Source: a virus (Duplodnaviria > Caudoviricetes). Taken from it: a DNA stretch of 64,000 bases. The stretch lies in IMG/VR virus record IMGVR_UViG_3300020463_000001, positions 128,001 through 192,000 of that record. The stretch is one strand, 5' to 3'. The position numbers and the translations under genes are program-made. The notes beneath the pieces were generated by a model. That model was not told where the DNA came from. It did no database searches and saw only the letters and a program-made list of their open reading frames with translations. This document shows positions 19,353-28,734 of this stretch, piece after piece (within the stretch, counting starts at the first letter, position 1; each line of letters begins with the position of its first letter).

Positions 19353-20376
19353 TACTCATTTTGGAGCTAGGGGTGATTCCCTAGTCTTCTTTGATTACAT
19401 GATGGAGTTCTATGACAATGTGTTTTTTCCATACCTGTCAGAGAACAATATTACAACTATGATTCATCTTGGAGATGTTGTGGATAGACGAAAGTTTATC
19501 AACTTCAATATTCTTCATGGCATGAATAGTCGGTTTATGAAACGATTACAAGACGATAAGATAGAATCTCATATCATTATTGGGAACCATGATACTTACT
19601 TTAAGAATACGAATGATATCAATTCTATGAATGAACTGATAGACTTCAACCACGAGTACTCTCCTAAAGTCTATTCGGATCCGGTTACTTTGAATTTTGA
19701 CGGCAGAGATATTTGTTTTATGCCGTGGATCAACTCTGGTAACTACACCGATTGTAGATCTCACATTAAAGATACCAAAGCAAAAACTTTATTCGGACAT
19801 CTTGAAATTGCCGGATTTGAAATGAGTCGCGGAATCAAGTGCGAAGATGGATTTGATATTCATATGTTTAAAAAGTTTGATTTAGTTTGCTCTGGACATT
19901 TCCATCATAAATCAAACAACGGAAATATTCATTATCTTGGAAGCCCATACGAAACAACTTGGATAGATTATAATGATCCAAGAGGCTTTCACATATATGA
20001 TACGGATACAAATGAAATTGAATTTATTCAGAACCCATATCGTATGTTTCATAAGATATATTATGATGAAGAAAACCTTGACCGAATAAATTACTCGACA
20101 TACAATCAGAAATATGTTAAGGTGATTGTCAAAAACAAAACAAAGCAACATTTATTGGATAATCTAATAGATGAATTATACAACAATGATGTCGTTGATG
20201 TATCTGTAGTTGACGATACATACGAGTTTGAAGGGATGGATGAGACACAATCTATAGAAGATACTATGTCTCTTCTCTCTGGATACATAGATGATTATAA
20301 TTTAGATTTGGATAAGAATCGGCTTAAAGGTTTGATTCAAGATTTATACATTACTGCGTTAAGAGAGCCTGCCTAG
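19330..20376 (+). CDS. gp47: recombination endonuclease subunit (SbcD/Mre11-like)
   Basis: KIALLTDTHFG, HLGDVVDRR, GNHD, SGHFH; start moved to ATG 19330. Confidence 0.96.
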   Translation: MKIALLTDTHFGARGDSLVFFDYMMEFYDNVFFPYLSENNITTMIHLGDVVDRRKFINFNILHGMNSRFMKRLQDDKIESHIIIGNHDTYFKNTNDINSMNELIDFNHEYSPKVYSDPVTLNFDGRDICFMPWINSGNYTDCRSHIKDTKAKTLFGHLEIAGFEMSRGIKCEDGFDIHMFKKFDLVCSGHFHHKSNNGNIHYLGSPYETTWIDYNDPRGFHIYDTDTNEIEFIQNPYRMFHKIYYDEENLDRINYSTYNQKYVKVIVKNKTKQHLLDNLIDELYNNDVVDVSVVDDTYEFEGMDETQSIEDTMSLLSGYIDDYNLDLDKNRLKGLIQDLYITALREPA

Positions 20377-22094
20377 TGTTAGAATTTCAAAAAATACGGT
20401 GGAAGAATTTTCTTTCCACTGGTGATAACTTTACTGAAATATTATTTGACAAATCTCCAACCACATTAATCCTTGGTGCAAATGGAGCCGGAAAATCTAC
20501 GGTTCTGGATGCACTCACCTTTGGATTGTTTGGTAAACCCTTTCGAAAGATAAACAAACCTCAGTTGGCGAACTCTGTCAATGAGAAAGATTGTCTTATT
20601 GAGATTGAGTTCAAGATAGGAAAGACTCAGTATAAGATTCGTAGAGGTATCAAGCCTGGCATCTTTGAGATATATCATAATAAAAAGATGATCAATCAGG
20701 ATTCCAAGATAAAAGACTATCAAAAATATCTAGAAGATAATATTCTCAAACTTAATTTTAAGTCTTTTACTCAAACAGTGATCTTGGGATCTGCTACTTT
20801 TGTTCCGTTCATGCAACTTTCGGCAAAAGATCGAAGAGACATCATAGAAGATCTATTAGACATTAAGATATTCTCTTCTATGAATGAGATACTGAAATCC
20901 AGATTAATAGACCATAAAGAAAATTTAAGAGAAACCGGCAATGAAAGAAATAATATAGACAATCAGATCCACTTACAAGAATCTAGCATAGAAGAAATCA
21001 AGAAGGATAGAAAGAAACTTATACAAACTTCTAAGAAAAAGATAGAAGAGTATCAATTAAAGATTGATGAAAATGATTCTTGTATAGAAAAACTTACCGC
21101 AAAGATTGGTATGTTAAATGATACACTTGTTGAATTAAAACCAGTACAAAAGAAAATATCCAAGATGGATAGTATTAGTGCTGGACTGACTTCTAAGATT
21201 AAGTCTCTTAAAGAAGATCAAGAGTTCTTTCACGATATTGATAATTGTCCTACCTGTAAACAAGATGTTGATGCATCTCATAAAGAAATGATGATTGCAG
21301 AAAGGAAAGATAAACAAAAAGAAATAGAACAGGCCATAGAAGATTTTAAGAGTGAATATGAAGTTATTAATGCAAGGATGGATAAATTATTAAATACTCA
21401 GAATAAAGTATCTAATCTTACTGCAGATATATCCGAAAAAACTTCTCACAATAAAGGCCTCAAAAGTTCTATAAAGGATTACGAAAGAGAAGTAGAAGAA
21501 CTTGAATCGACAGATACATCTACCACTAAGATGCGAAAAGATCTCAAGAAGTTTACTGATCAGAAAAATAGGATAGAAAGGATAAGAGAAGAACTTTTGG
21601 AAGAAAGAGAATACTTGAATGTTGCTTCTACACTTCTTAAGGATGGTGGTATTAAGACTTCTATCATCAAATATTATCTTCCCATTATGAATGGTCTGAT
21701 AAACAAGTATCTTCATCAAATGGATTTCTATGTTAACTTTACAATGGATGAAAACTTCTCAGAGAATATTAAGTCTCGCAATAGAGAAAACTTTTCTTAC
21801 AGCTCATTCTCCGAAGGTGAAAAGATGCGAATAGACCTGGCTCTACTCTTCACTTGGAGAGAAGTCGCGAAGATGAAGAATAGTGTTAATACAAATCTTT
21901 TGATACTGGATGAAGTATTTGATAGTTCTCTAGATAGTAATGGAACAGATGAGTTCTTAAAACTTCTCAATCAACTTGGCGGAAATAATGTATTTGTTAT
22001 TTCACACAAAGGAGAGATCCTCTACGATAAATTTAGAAGTATCATCAAGTTTGATAAAATCAAAAACTTCAGTAAAATAGTGGAAGAGAAGTAA
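20376..22094 (+). CDS. gp46: recombination ATPase subunit (SbcC/Rad50-like)
   Basis: GANGAGKS, CPTC zinc hook, FSEGEKMRIDLAL, LDEVFD. Confidence 0.97.
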   Translation: MLEFQKIRWKNFLSTGDNFTEILFDKSPTTLILGANGAGKSTVLDALTFGLFGKPFRKINKPQLANSVNEKDCLIEIEFKIGKTQYKIRRGIKPGIFEIYHNKKMINQDSKIKDYQKYLEDNILKLNFKSFTQTVILGSATFVPFMQLSAKDRRDIIEDLLDIKIFSSMNEILKSRLIDHKENLRETGNERNNIDNQIHLQESSIEEIKKDRKKLIQTSKKKIEEYQLKIDENDSCIEKLTAKIGMLNDTLVELKPVQKKISKMDSISAGLTSKIKSLKEDQEFFHDIDNCPTCKQDVDASHKEMMIAERKDKQKEIEQAIEDFKSEYEVINARMDKLLNTQNKVSNLTADISEKTSHNKGLKSSIKDYEREVEELESTDTSTTKMRKDLKKFTDQKNRIERIREELLEEREYLNVASTLLKDGGIKTSIIKYYLPIMNGLINKYLHQMDFYVNFTMDENFSENIKSRNRENFSYSSFSEGEKMRIDLALLFTWREVAKMKNSVNTNLLILDEVFDSSLDSNGTDEFLKLLNQLGGNNVFVISHKGEILYDKFRSIIKFDKIKNFSKIVEEK

Positions 22095-22282
22095 TGGATG
22101 GCGTGGATCTAGAAATCAAAAGGAAGGATTCTACTCTGTTGATAAAAGTCAACAAAGAAGAGAAGAAAAAGTTTATTGCTCTGTGTGAGTTGAATGATTC
22201 CAGTGCATCCAGAGAGATTCGCAGATTTATGAAAGAATATATTAATAATTTTTCGGTGGAAATAAAACTTGACAACGGCTAG
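22094..22282 (+). CDS. ribbon-helix-helix (CopG/Arc-like) DNA-binding protein
   Basis: LLIKVNKEEKKKFIALCELNDSSASREIRRFMKEYI fits strand-helix-helix; TAATG-coupled to gp46. Confidence 0.6.
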   Translation: MDGVDLEIKRKDSTLLIKVNKEEKKKFIALCELNDSSASREIRRFMKEYINNFSVEIKLDNG

Positions 22283-22297
22283 AAAATTTGAGACAAT
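22269..22297 (+). promoter_or_regulatory. possible sigma70-type promoter for the modification cassette
   Basis: TTGACA-N17-GACAAT (imperfect -10). Confidence 0.4.
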
Positions 22298-23492
22298 GGT
22301 TCCCATGTATCAACCTTATACTCTAAAGGATGTGTTTGCAGCATCCGCACAGAATAAATTTAACGTCATATCTACATTCGCTGGCGGTGGTGGATCTAGT
22401 ACTGGTTATCGTCTTGCTGGCGGTAATGTATTGTGTGTAAATGAATTTGTCGAAGAGGCACAAAATACCTACGCAGAAAACTATCCAAACACTCCTATAC
22501 TACCTAACGATATTAAGGAGTTGAGTGGATCAGACTTTTTAGATATTGTCGGATTGGGTGTGGGCGAGTTAGATATTCTTGATGGTTCGCCACCGTGTTC
22601 TGCATTTTCAGTTGCAGGAAAACTATCTCACAATGTTAAAAAGGAAGAGATGGTTGATTTGTTTGGAGAGACAACTATAGTCAATGTGTCTGGAAAACAT
22701 TCAGATGGTTGGGGTCAGACTAAGAATTATTCTGACGGAAAGATGGTAGAGAATATCGAAGATCTTTTCTTTGAGTTCCTTAGAGTTGCAAATGATATCA
22801 AACCCAAAGTGATTGTTGCGGAGAATGTTAAAGGATTGACCATAGGCGAGGCGAAACAATACTATAATAAAATTCTCAACGAGTTCGAAAAGATAGGGTA
22901 TGATGTTTCATCTCAAGTCATGGACGCAAGATATTATGGTGTTTCTCAGACAAGAACTAGGGTAATCTTTATCGGCATTAGACACGATATTACTGAGAAG
23001 GCTGGTTTTAACTTTATGACTGTTGGAAATATTTTTCCGCAACCGTCCAGAAAAATAATTCCCTTGATGGATGCCCTAGTAGATTTAGAATACGATCAAG
23101 AAGAAGTTGATTATCTCACAGAGAAGTTTACTAAAACTGCGTATTGGTTACAGACCGGAAGTAAGATGGAAGACGATCCAAAGAAAGTTTTGACTGGAAT
23201 GGATTATCATCCGAAAGGACATCACTTTAACCTCAAAAGAGTGTCCAGATACGCACCAGCACCCACGCTAACGGCGATGGGGAGTAATGACACTACAGCA
23301 GGTGCATTCCACTGGGCCGAACCTAGAAAACTCACTCTGGGGGAATTAAAGAGGATTCAGAGTTTACCTGATGACTTCAAGTTGACCGGAAAATGGAACC
23401 AGAAATCAGAAAGAATCGGTAGAATGGTTCCGCCAAAAATGATGCAGTCAATTGCTGCGTCTATCTATGAAAATGTATTGGAGAAAATATGA
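22296..23492 (+). CDS. C5-cytosine DNA methyltransferase-family protein, probable carboxymethyltransferase (CmoX-like)
   Basis: Motif I FAGGGG, IV GSPPC, VI ENVKG, VIII QTRTR, IX RKLT..E..RIQ; motif X reads GRMVPP instead of GN(A/S)VP; start is ATG 22296 or 22305. Confidence 0.85.
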   Translation: MVPMYQPYTLKDVFAASAQNKFNVISTFAGGGGSSTGYRLAGGNVLCVNEFVEEAQNTYAENYPNTPILPNDIKELSGSDFLDIVGLGVGELDILDGSPPCSAFSVAGKLSHNVKKEEMVDLFGETTIVNVSGKHSDGWGQTKNYSDGKMVENIEDLFFEFLRVANDIKPKVIVAENVKGLTIGEAKQYYNKILNEFEKIGYDVSSQVMDARYYGVSQTRTRVIFIGIRHDITEKAGFNFMTVGNIFPQPSRKIIPLMDALVDLEYDQEEVDYLTEKFTKTAYWLQTGSKMEDDPKKVLTGMDYHPKGHHFNLKRVSRYAPAPTLTAMGSNDTTAGAFHWAEPRKLTLGELKRIQSLPDDFKLTGKWNQKSERIGRMVPPKMMQSIAASIYENVLEKI

Positions 23493-24037
23493 GCAACGTA
23501 AGCCAATTGATCGCTAAACATAATGGTGATGATCCTTTTAACGATGAAGCCCAAAGAAACGCGCTTAAAAGTTTCCTTCGCACAGACCTTGATTTTGTCA
23601 GATTTATTTTAGACTATGCAGAAATAAAAAGTGACGCTAAGCCATGTGATATTATAGATGACCCTTTAGGAGAAAAAAGAGTAGACTTGGGAATAATAGA
23701 TAAAAATTCTAATGTTCGATGTTTAGTTGAAGTTGATTACTATTTCAAATGGGATCCATTTTGGCCAAAAAACTATAAAAATGCTCACGCATTAGAGAGA
23801 AAAATAAAATATTGGAGGGGCAAAAATATCCCATATATTGGTTGTACTTTTAGTAAAAATCTCGATAAGATGATAGTAATTACAGATGAACTTATAACAG
23901 AGTATATGCACACCAAACGAAAAAAGTGGGTAGAACTTCATGGCGAGTTGGTAGAAGATGTTTTCATTAGTATACCCCCCTTCAGAGCGTTTAAGTTTGG
24001 AGATTGGCAAGACGACGAATTACGGAGAGTTTCATAA
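23489..24037 (+). CDS. putative PD-(D/E)xK-fold nuclease-like protein
   Basis: DDPLG..RVDLGI...LVEVD pattern; ATGA/TAATG-coupled to both neighbours. Confidence 0.45.
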   Translation: MSNVSQLIAKHNGDDPFNDEAQRNALKSFLRTDLDFVRFILDYAEIKSDAKPCDIIDDPLGEKRVDLGIIDKNSNVRCLVEVDYYFKWDPFWPKNYKNAHALERKIKYWRGKNIPYIGCTFSKNLDKMIVITDELITEYMHTKRKKWVELHGELVEDVFISIPPFRAFKFGDWQDDELRRVS

Positions 24038-24723
24038 TGGCAGACTTTACTTTTGCACACAGAAAAGAGGGCTTCGATGCTCACATAGATGCATCTATTC
24101 GTCACTACTCATCACTTCATGATGATATAGTTGCAATGTCTAGATACTTTGTAGAGAATGATACCAGTGTAGTTGATATTGGTTGCTCTACTGGAAAAAC
24201 TCTAGGGGCAATGATTGACCAGAATAAGGAATCGGCTCCTAATGCACAGTATCATGGAGTTGAAAACGCAGATGGATTTGCGGAAGATATGAAATCCAGA
24301 GAAGAAGAATATGTTGATTCTAATCTCAGTTTACATTTTCAAGATGTAAGAAACTTTGTATTTCCTGTTGATTCTTCATTCATAACGAGCATATTTACTT
24401 TACAGTTTATTCCAAAACGAGATCGACAATCTATTCTGGATTCGATATATGATTCTCTTCTTCCCGGCGGAGCATTCGTTTTTTCTGAGAAGACTTATGC
24501 CTCATCTCCAGAACTAGAACAGATACTCACATTCCTCTTTTATGACCATAAAAGAAAAGAGTTTTCCTGTGAAGATATTATGGACAAAGAATATACTTTG
24601 AGATCAATGCTGAAACCAATGCACTGGGACGATTTACTATCCATGATGTACGAGGCAGGATTCCAAGAAGTTCAACCTTTTTGGAGAAATCATCTATTCG
24701 TAGGAGCAATCGCTATAAAATAG
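24037..24723 (+). CDS. cmoA: CmoA-like carboxy-S-adenosylmethionine synthase (class I SAM-binding fold)
   Basis: FD.HI..SI..Y, VVDIGCSTG, FTLQFI, LLPGGAFVFSEK, HKR, EAGF..V..FW parallel E. coli CmoA; start ATG 24037. Confidence 0.78.
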   Translation: MADFTFAHRKEGFDAHIDASIRHYSSLHDDIVAMSRYFVENDTSVVDIGCSTGKTLGAMIDQNKESAPNAQYHGVENADGFAEDMKSREEEYVDSNLSLHFQDVRNFVFPVDSSFITSIFTLQFIPKRDRQSILDSIYDSLLPGGAFVFSEKTYASSPELEQILTFLFYDHKRKEFSCEDIMDKEYTLRSMLKPMHWDDLLSMMYEAGFQEVQPFWRNHLFVGAIAIK

Positions 24724-24768
24724 TTATAACGATATTCCAAAAAGTTCTATAAATCGCCAAATAATTAG

Positions 24769-24797
24769 TTGACATTCGCCAACTAGCCCCTTAGAAT
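24769..24797 (+). promoter_or_regulatory. sigma70-type early/middle promoter
   Basis: TTGACA-N17-TAGAAT. Confidence 0.85.
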
Positions 24798-24826
24798 AGC
24801 TGTATAGTTTGTTGATAGAGAACCAA

Positions 24827-27145
24827 ATGACCGAAGTTACCGTCTCCAAGAATTCCAAGAGTCTTCTTGCTCGTCTACTTGCGGAAGAAAACATTCGCGT
24901 CGAACACTCTTCAGAAGTTGTGACAGCGAGTTTCAATGTAGAGACTCGACTATTACTTCTTCCTATCTGGAAAGATGAATCATATACTCCTGATATATAT
25001 GACCTTTTTGTTGGCCATGAAGTTGCTCACGCATTATACACTCCAAGTGATCTAGAAGTTCTAGAAGAAGCCATGAAGCGATCCAACCATGCGTTTCTTA
25101 ACGTAGTGGAAGATGCGCGAATTGAGAAGTTAATGAAGCGAAAGTTTCAAGGTCTTCAGGCTCCTTTCAAGAATGCGTATCAAGATCTTTACGAGAGAGA
25201 CTTTTTCAGTCTTAAGGGTCAACCTATTCAATCTCGCAATTTCATTGACCGCATCAATCTCTTCTTTAAGTTGCGATATGCGCTGAACCTATACGCACCA
25301 TCCATCTTCAATTCAGAAGAAATGACTTTCATTCGCAGGATCGATGATGCAGAAACTTATGTGGAAGTTGCGGATATCTGTGAAGATCTTTACAAGTATC
25401 TGAAAGAGAAGCAAGAAGAACAACAGCAACAGGCACAAATGTCTCCCAGTTCTTCTAATTCTGAAGGAGAACCTCAAGAAGGCGAGACTTATGAAATGCC
25501 TTCTGATGATGAAGAAGAAGAATCTGAGGGGTCAACAGAGGCTTCTGGATCCGGAGAAGAAGAATCAGAAGAAGGGCCCAAGGAATCTTCTGGATCATCT
25601 TCTGAAGAACAACCAGAAGAGTCTGGAGAAGAGACCGAAGAACAATCTACCGCATCATCTTCTGAAGAAAAGAAAAATCCTCAAGATGGAAATCAGTCAA
25701 GCGTCTTTACCGATGAGTTCACTTCAGAGACTAGTGAGTCTCTAGAAGAAAATCTCAAGGAGATGGTTAATGAAAATACTCGCGAAAGTGTTTACATCAA
25801 TCTTCACAGTAACTATGAACTAGAGAAGTATGTCCATGACTATACAGAAGTTCAGGCAGACTTTGAACGCGAGGTATCTGCAGTAGAAGTACTTCATCGT
25901 CAACAATATAGTCACGGTGATGCACCAGAGTTAAATTTTCCTTCTCTGAAAGAATTGATCTCAGAAAACTCAAAGACCATTTCTTATCTTGTAAAAGAAT
26001 TCGAAATGAAGAAAGCTGCTCGCGCACAGGCATTGAGTTCAGAATCCAAGACTGGTGCGATCAACACTTCCAAGTTGTGGAGTTATCAAGTCAACGAAGA
26101 TATTTTCCTTCGTAAGACTAACACTCCAGACGGCAAGAATCATGGTATGGTTATGGTAGTAGACTGGAGTGGATCTATGGGATCTACTGTTCTTAACACT
26201 GTCAAACAGACCATCGTTCTCGCAACATTTTGTAAGAGAGTTGGAATTCCTTTTGAGGTCTACAACTTTACCAGTGTTAATAAGAAGGCTGTTCCGGAAC
26301 CAAGTATCTTGCCATTATCGGAAGGAGACATTCTTCTAAGGAGTATCGCATTGCGAAATACGTTATCCAGTAGAATGAGTGGCAAGGTCTTTAATCAGGC
26401 CTGTCAAAACTATCTGAACATTGCTGCGATAGTAGGGAATGCGATAGGGGCATACTACATTCCTTATCGATTGATGCATACTGCAGTCTCTGAGGATCAG
26501 TTTGGTGCCACTCCTACTAATCAGGCACTGGTTCTTCTAGACAGAGTGATTCCTAAGTTCCGCAAAGAAAATTCTTTAGAGAAGGTTAACTTAGTTCTAT
26601 TGACTGATGGAGAACCTACCGATCATCTTACTTATAAGAAAATAGATGATGACTATCCAACGGAACGAACAACTAGATATGCTTCGAACATTTATGTGCG
26701 AGATACATCTACTAATGAGACTTATCGCATGGTTGCTGAGAATGAGTATAGTGGAATTGACGGTTTCGACTCTTCTAAGTTTCTTATCAAGATCTTGCGA
26801 GAGAAGCATGGGATCAATTCTATTGGATTCTATCTCTTGAATTCTCATGGGAGAACTGAGATTAAACGAGTCATTCAAAGATTTGTTAACTACAATCTAC
26901 AACCATACATGGAAGAGTATCGCACTCTGCGAAAAGAATTCAACAAGAATAACTTCTTTGTTGCGACTAACTCAGGACACAATGAGTACTATATCATCAA
27001 TGCGAAGGTAGATCCTAAGACTGATGAGTTGGATGTAAATTCATCTATGTCAAAGGCTGCAATCGCAAAAAGCTTCATGAGTCACAATAGATCTAAGGTT
27101 GTAAACCGACAATTATTAAATAAATTTGTCGATTTAGTAAAATAG
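24827..27145 (+). CDS. zincin-motif / VWA (CobT-like) protein, MoxR partner
   Basis: HEVAH, acidic linker, MIDAS DWSGS, LLTDGE; start ATG 24827. Confidence 0.85.
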   Translation: MTEVTVSKNSKSLLARLLAEENIRVEHSSEVVTASFNVETRLLLLPIWKDESYTPDIYDLFVGHEVAHALYTPSDLEVLEEAMKRSNHAFLNVVEDARIEKLMKRKFQGLQAPFKNAYQDLYERDFFSLKGQPIQSRNFIDRINLFFKLRYALNLYAPSIFNSEEMTFIRRIDDAETYVEVADICEDLYKYLKEKQEEQQQQAQMSPSSSNSEGEPQEGETYEMPSDDEEEESEGSTEASGSGEEESEEGPKESSGSSSEEQPEESGEETEEQSTASSSEEKKNPQDGNQSSVFTDEFTSETSESLEENLKEMVNENTRESVYINLHSNYELEKYVHDYTEVQADFEREVSAVEVLHRQQYSHGDAPELNFPSLKELISENSKTISYLVKEFEMKKAARAQALSSESKTGAINTSKLWSYQVNEDIFLRKTNTPDGKNHGMVMVVDWSGSMGSTVLNTVKQTIVLATFCKRVGIPFEVYNFTSVNKKAVPEPSILPLSEGDILLRSIALRNTLSSRMSGKVFNQACQNYLNIAAIVGNAIGAYYIPYRLMHTAVSEDQFGATPTNQALVLLDRVIPKFRKENSLEKVNLVLLTDGEPTDHLTYKKIDDDYPTERTTRYASNIYVRDTSTNETYRMVAENEYSGIDGFDSSKFLIKILREKHGINSIGFYLLNSHGRTEIKRVIQRFVNYNLQPYMEEYRTLRKEFNKNNFFVATNSGHNEYYIINAKVDPKTDELDVNSSMSKAAIAKSFMSHNRSKVVNRQLLNKFVDLVK

Positions 27146-27148
27146 CCC

Positions 27149-27177
27149 TTGACAAAGAGCTAAGAATAGATTAGCAT
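27149..27177 (+). promoter_or_regulatory. sigma70-type promoter
   Basis: TTGACA-N17-TAGCAT. Confidence 0.7.
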
Positions 27178-27210
27178 ATAAACTGGAATTTTTAACTGAG
27201 AGAGAAAATT

Positions 27211-28380
27211 ATGCCTCGCACTGCAAACCTAGAAACCCGAAAGACTCTTCTTACCGCCCTTCAAGAAGAAGCGGTTGATGGAATTGTCACTACAGGTCAA
27301 ATCAAGGCTGCTGCTAAGAAGATTGGATCTTCTAGTACTAAATGGTTGCGTTCAATGGAACTGAAAGTTTCTTACGGAAAGTATCAACTTCCGGAAAGTG
27401 TTGCCGGAACTCCGCCAACTAAAACTCAAACAGTATCTAAGGTTGTCGAAGAGACTTCTATCGATATTTCATTGGAACAAAATCTGGTTCCGGCAAAAGA
27501 TCCCAACTTCGTCAAGTTTGGATTCTACAATGATCTCAAGACCATCGTAGGTTCTAAGATGTTCTATCCGGTATTCATCACTGGTCTTTCTGGAAATGGT
27601 AAGACTCATGGTGCTCAACAAGTTTGTGCGGCTCTCAAGCGAGAGTGTATCACCATCCCGATAACTGTTGAGACAGATGAGTCGGATCTTTTAGGAGATA
27701 AGACTCTAGTGGATGGAAACATCCGATTTGTTCCTGGCCCTGTAGTTCGGGCGATGGAAACTGGTGCGGTTTTGATCTTGGATGAGATTGACCTTGCATC
27801 AAATAAGATTATGTGTCTTCAGTCTATCATTGACGGCAAGGGAGTTTTTCTTAAGAAGGACAACCGATTCGTAATTCCTAAGAAGGGATTCACTGTCATT
27901 GCGACTGCGAACACTAAAGGTAAAGGATCCGACGATGGTCGATTCATTGGAACCAATGTCCTAAACGAAGCTTTCCTAGAGCGATTCAAGGTTACTTTCG
28001 AACAAGAGTATCCTACTCAGGTTACTGAGAAGAAGATTCTAAACAACTACCTTGAATCCTTCGGCGTGAAGGATGCAGAGTTCGCGGAAGATTTGACCGT
28101 ATGGGCTTCTGCAATTCGTAAGACCTTCATGGAAGGCGGTTGTGATGAGTTGATCTCTACTCGCCGCCTGGTTCACATTGTCGAGACTTTCTCAATCTTC
28201 AAGAACAAAATGAAGTCTATTGAATTGTGCGTCAGTCGTTTTGATGAAGATACTAAGGCATCATTCATCGATCTCTTTGAGAAGATCAGTGACCCGAATG
28301 AAGAGTTTCAAGACTCTTCATGCGAGGGTCAGATTCCAGAAGGATCCGACTATGCCTCTGATAATGACACTGCGTTTTAA
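27211..28380 (+). CDS. MoxR/CobS-like AAA+ ATPase
   Basis: GLSGNGKT, LILDEID, ATANTKG, NEAFLERF, ISTRRLV. Confidence 0.92.
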   Translation: MPRTANLETRKTLLTALQEEAVDGIVTTGQIKAAAKKIGSSSTKWLRSMELKVSYGKYQLPESVAGTPPTKTQTVSKVVEETSIDISLEQNLVPAKDPNFVKFGFYNDLKTIVGSKMFYPVFITGLSGNGKTHGAQQVCAALKRECITIPITVETDESDLLGDKTLVDGNIRFVPGPVVRAMETGAVLILDEIDLASNKIMCLQSIIDGKGVFLKKDNRFVIPKKGFTVIATANTKGKGSDDGRFIGTNVLNEAFLERFKVTFEQEYPTQVTEKKILNNYLESFGVKDAEFAEDLTVWASAIRKTFMEGGCDELISTRRLVHIVETFSIFKNKMKSIELCVSRFDEDTKASFIDLFEKISDPNEEFQDSSCEGQIPEGSDYASDNDTAF

Positions 28381-28389
28381 GGATCGAGA

Positions 28390-28734
28390 ATGTCGGCAGA
28401 ATTAAATAAACTAATCCAACAACAGTTGGGAGAAATTAGCAACTATCCGATTGAATACAAGTTCAATGAAGATGAGTTGCTAAAAGAACTTAAAATATAC
28501 ATTGACAAAACCTACTCAATGCATTATTCTAAGAACCAGTTTCAATCGACAGAGTTTATCATTGACTCTGGCCATGGAACTGGATTTTTAATTGGGAATA
28601 TTATGAAGTATGCCCAGAGATATGGAAGGAAGGGATCACCAGAAGAGTGGCGAAGAGATCTGATGAAGATCATACACTACTCTCTTTTGGCCCTTTATAA
28701 TCATGACAATGACGGAGATTTAAATGATGATTAG
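28390..28734 (+). CDS. DUF3310-like conserved phage protein (putative nucleotide kinase family)
   Basis: HY...GFLIGNIMKYAQRYGRKG..RDLMKIIHY. Confidence 0.7.
   Translation: MSAELNKLIQQQLGEISNYPIEYKFNEDELLKELKIYIDKTYSMHYSKNQFQSTEFIIDSGHGTGFLIGNIMKYAQRYGRKGSPEEWRRDLMKIIHYSLLALYNHDNDGDLNDD

Noticed and set aside
24004-24723. cmoA acting on tRNA (cmo5U) for the phage tRNA-Asn
   Set aside because: No CmoB partner is visible, tRNA-Asn(GTT) has no U34, and coupling to an Arg-motif-X DNA MTase better supports DNA modification.
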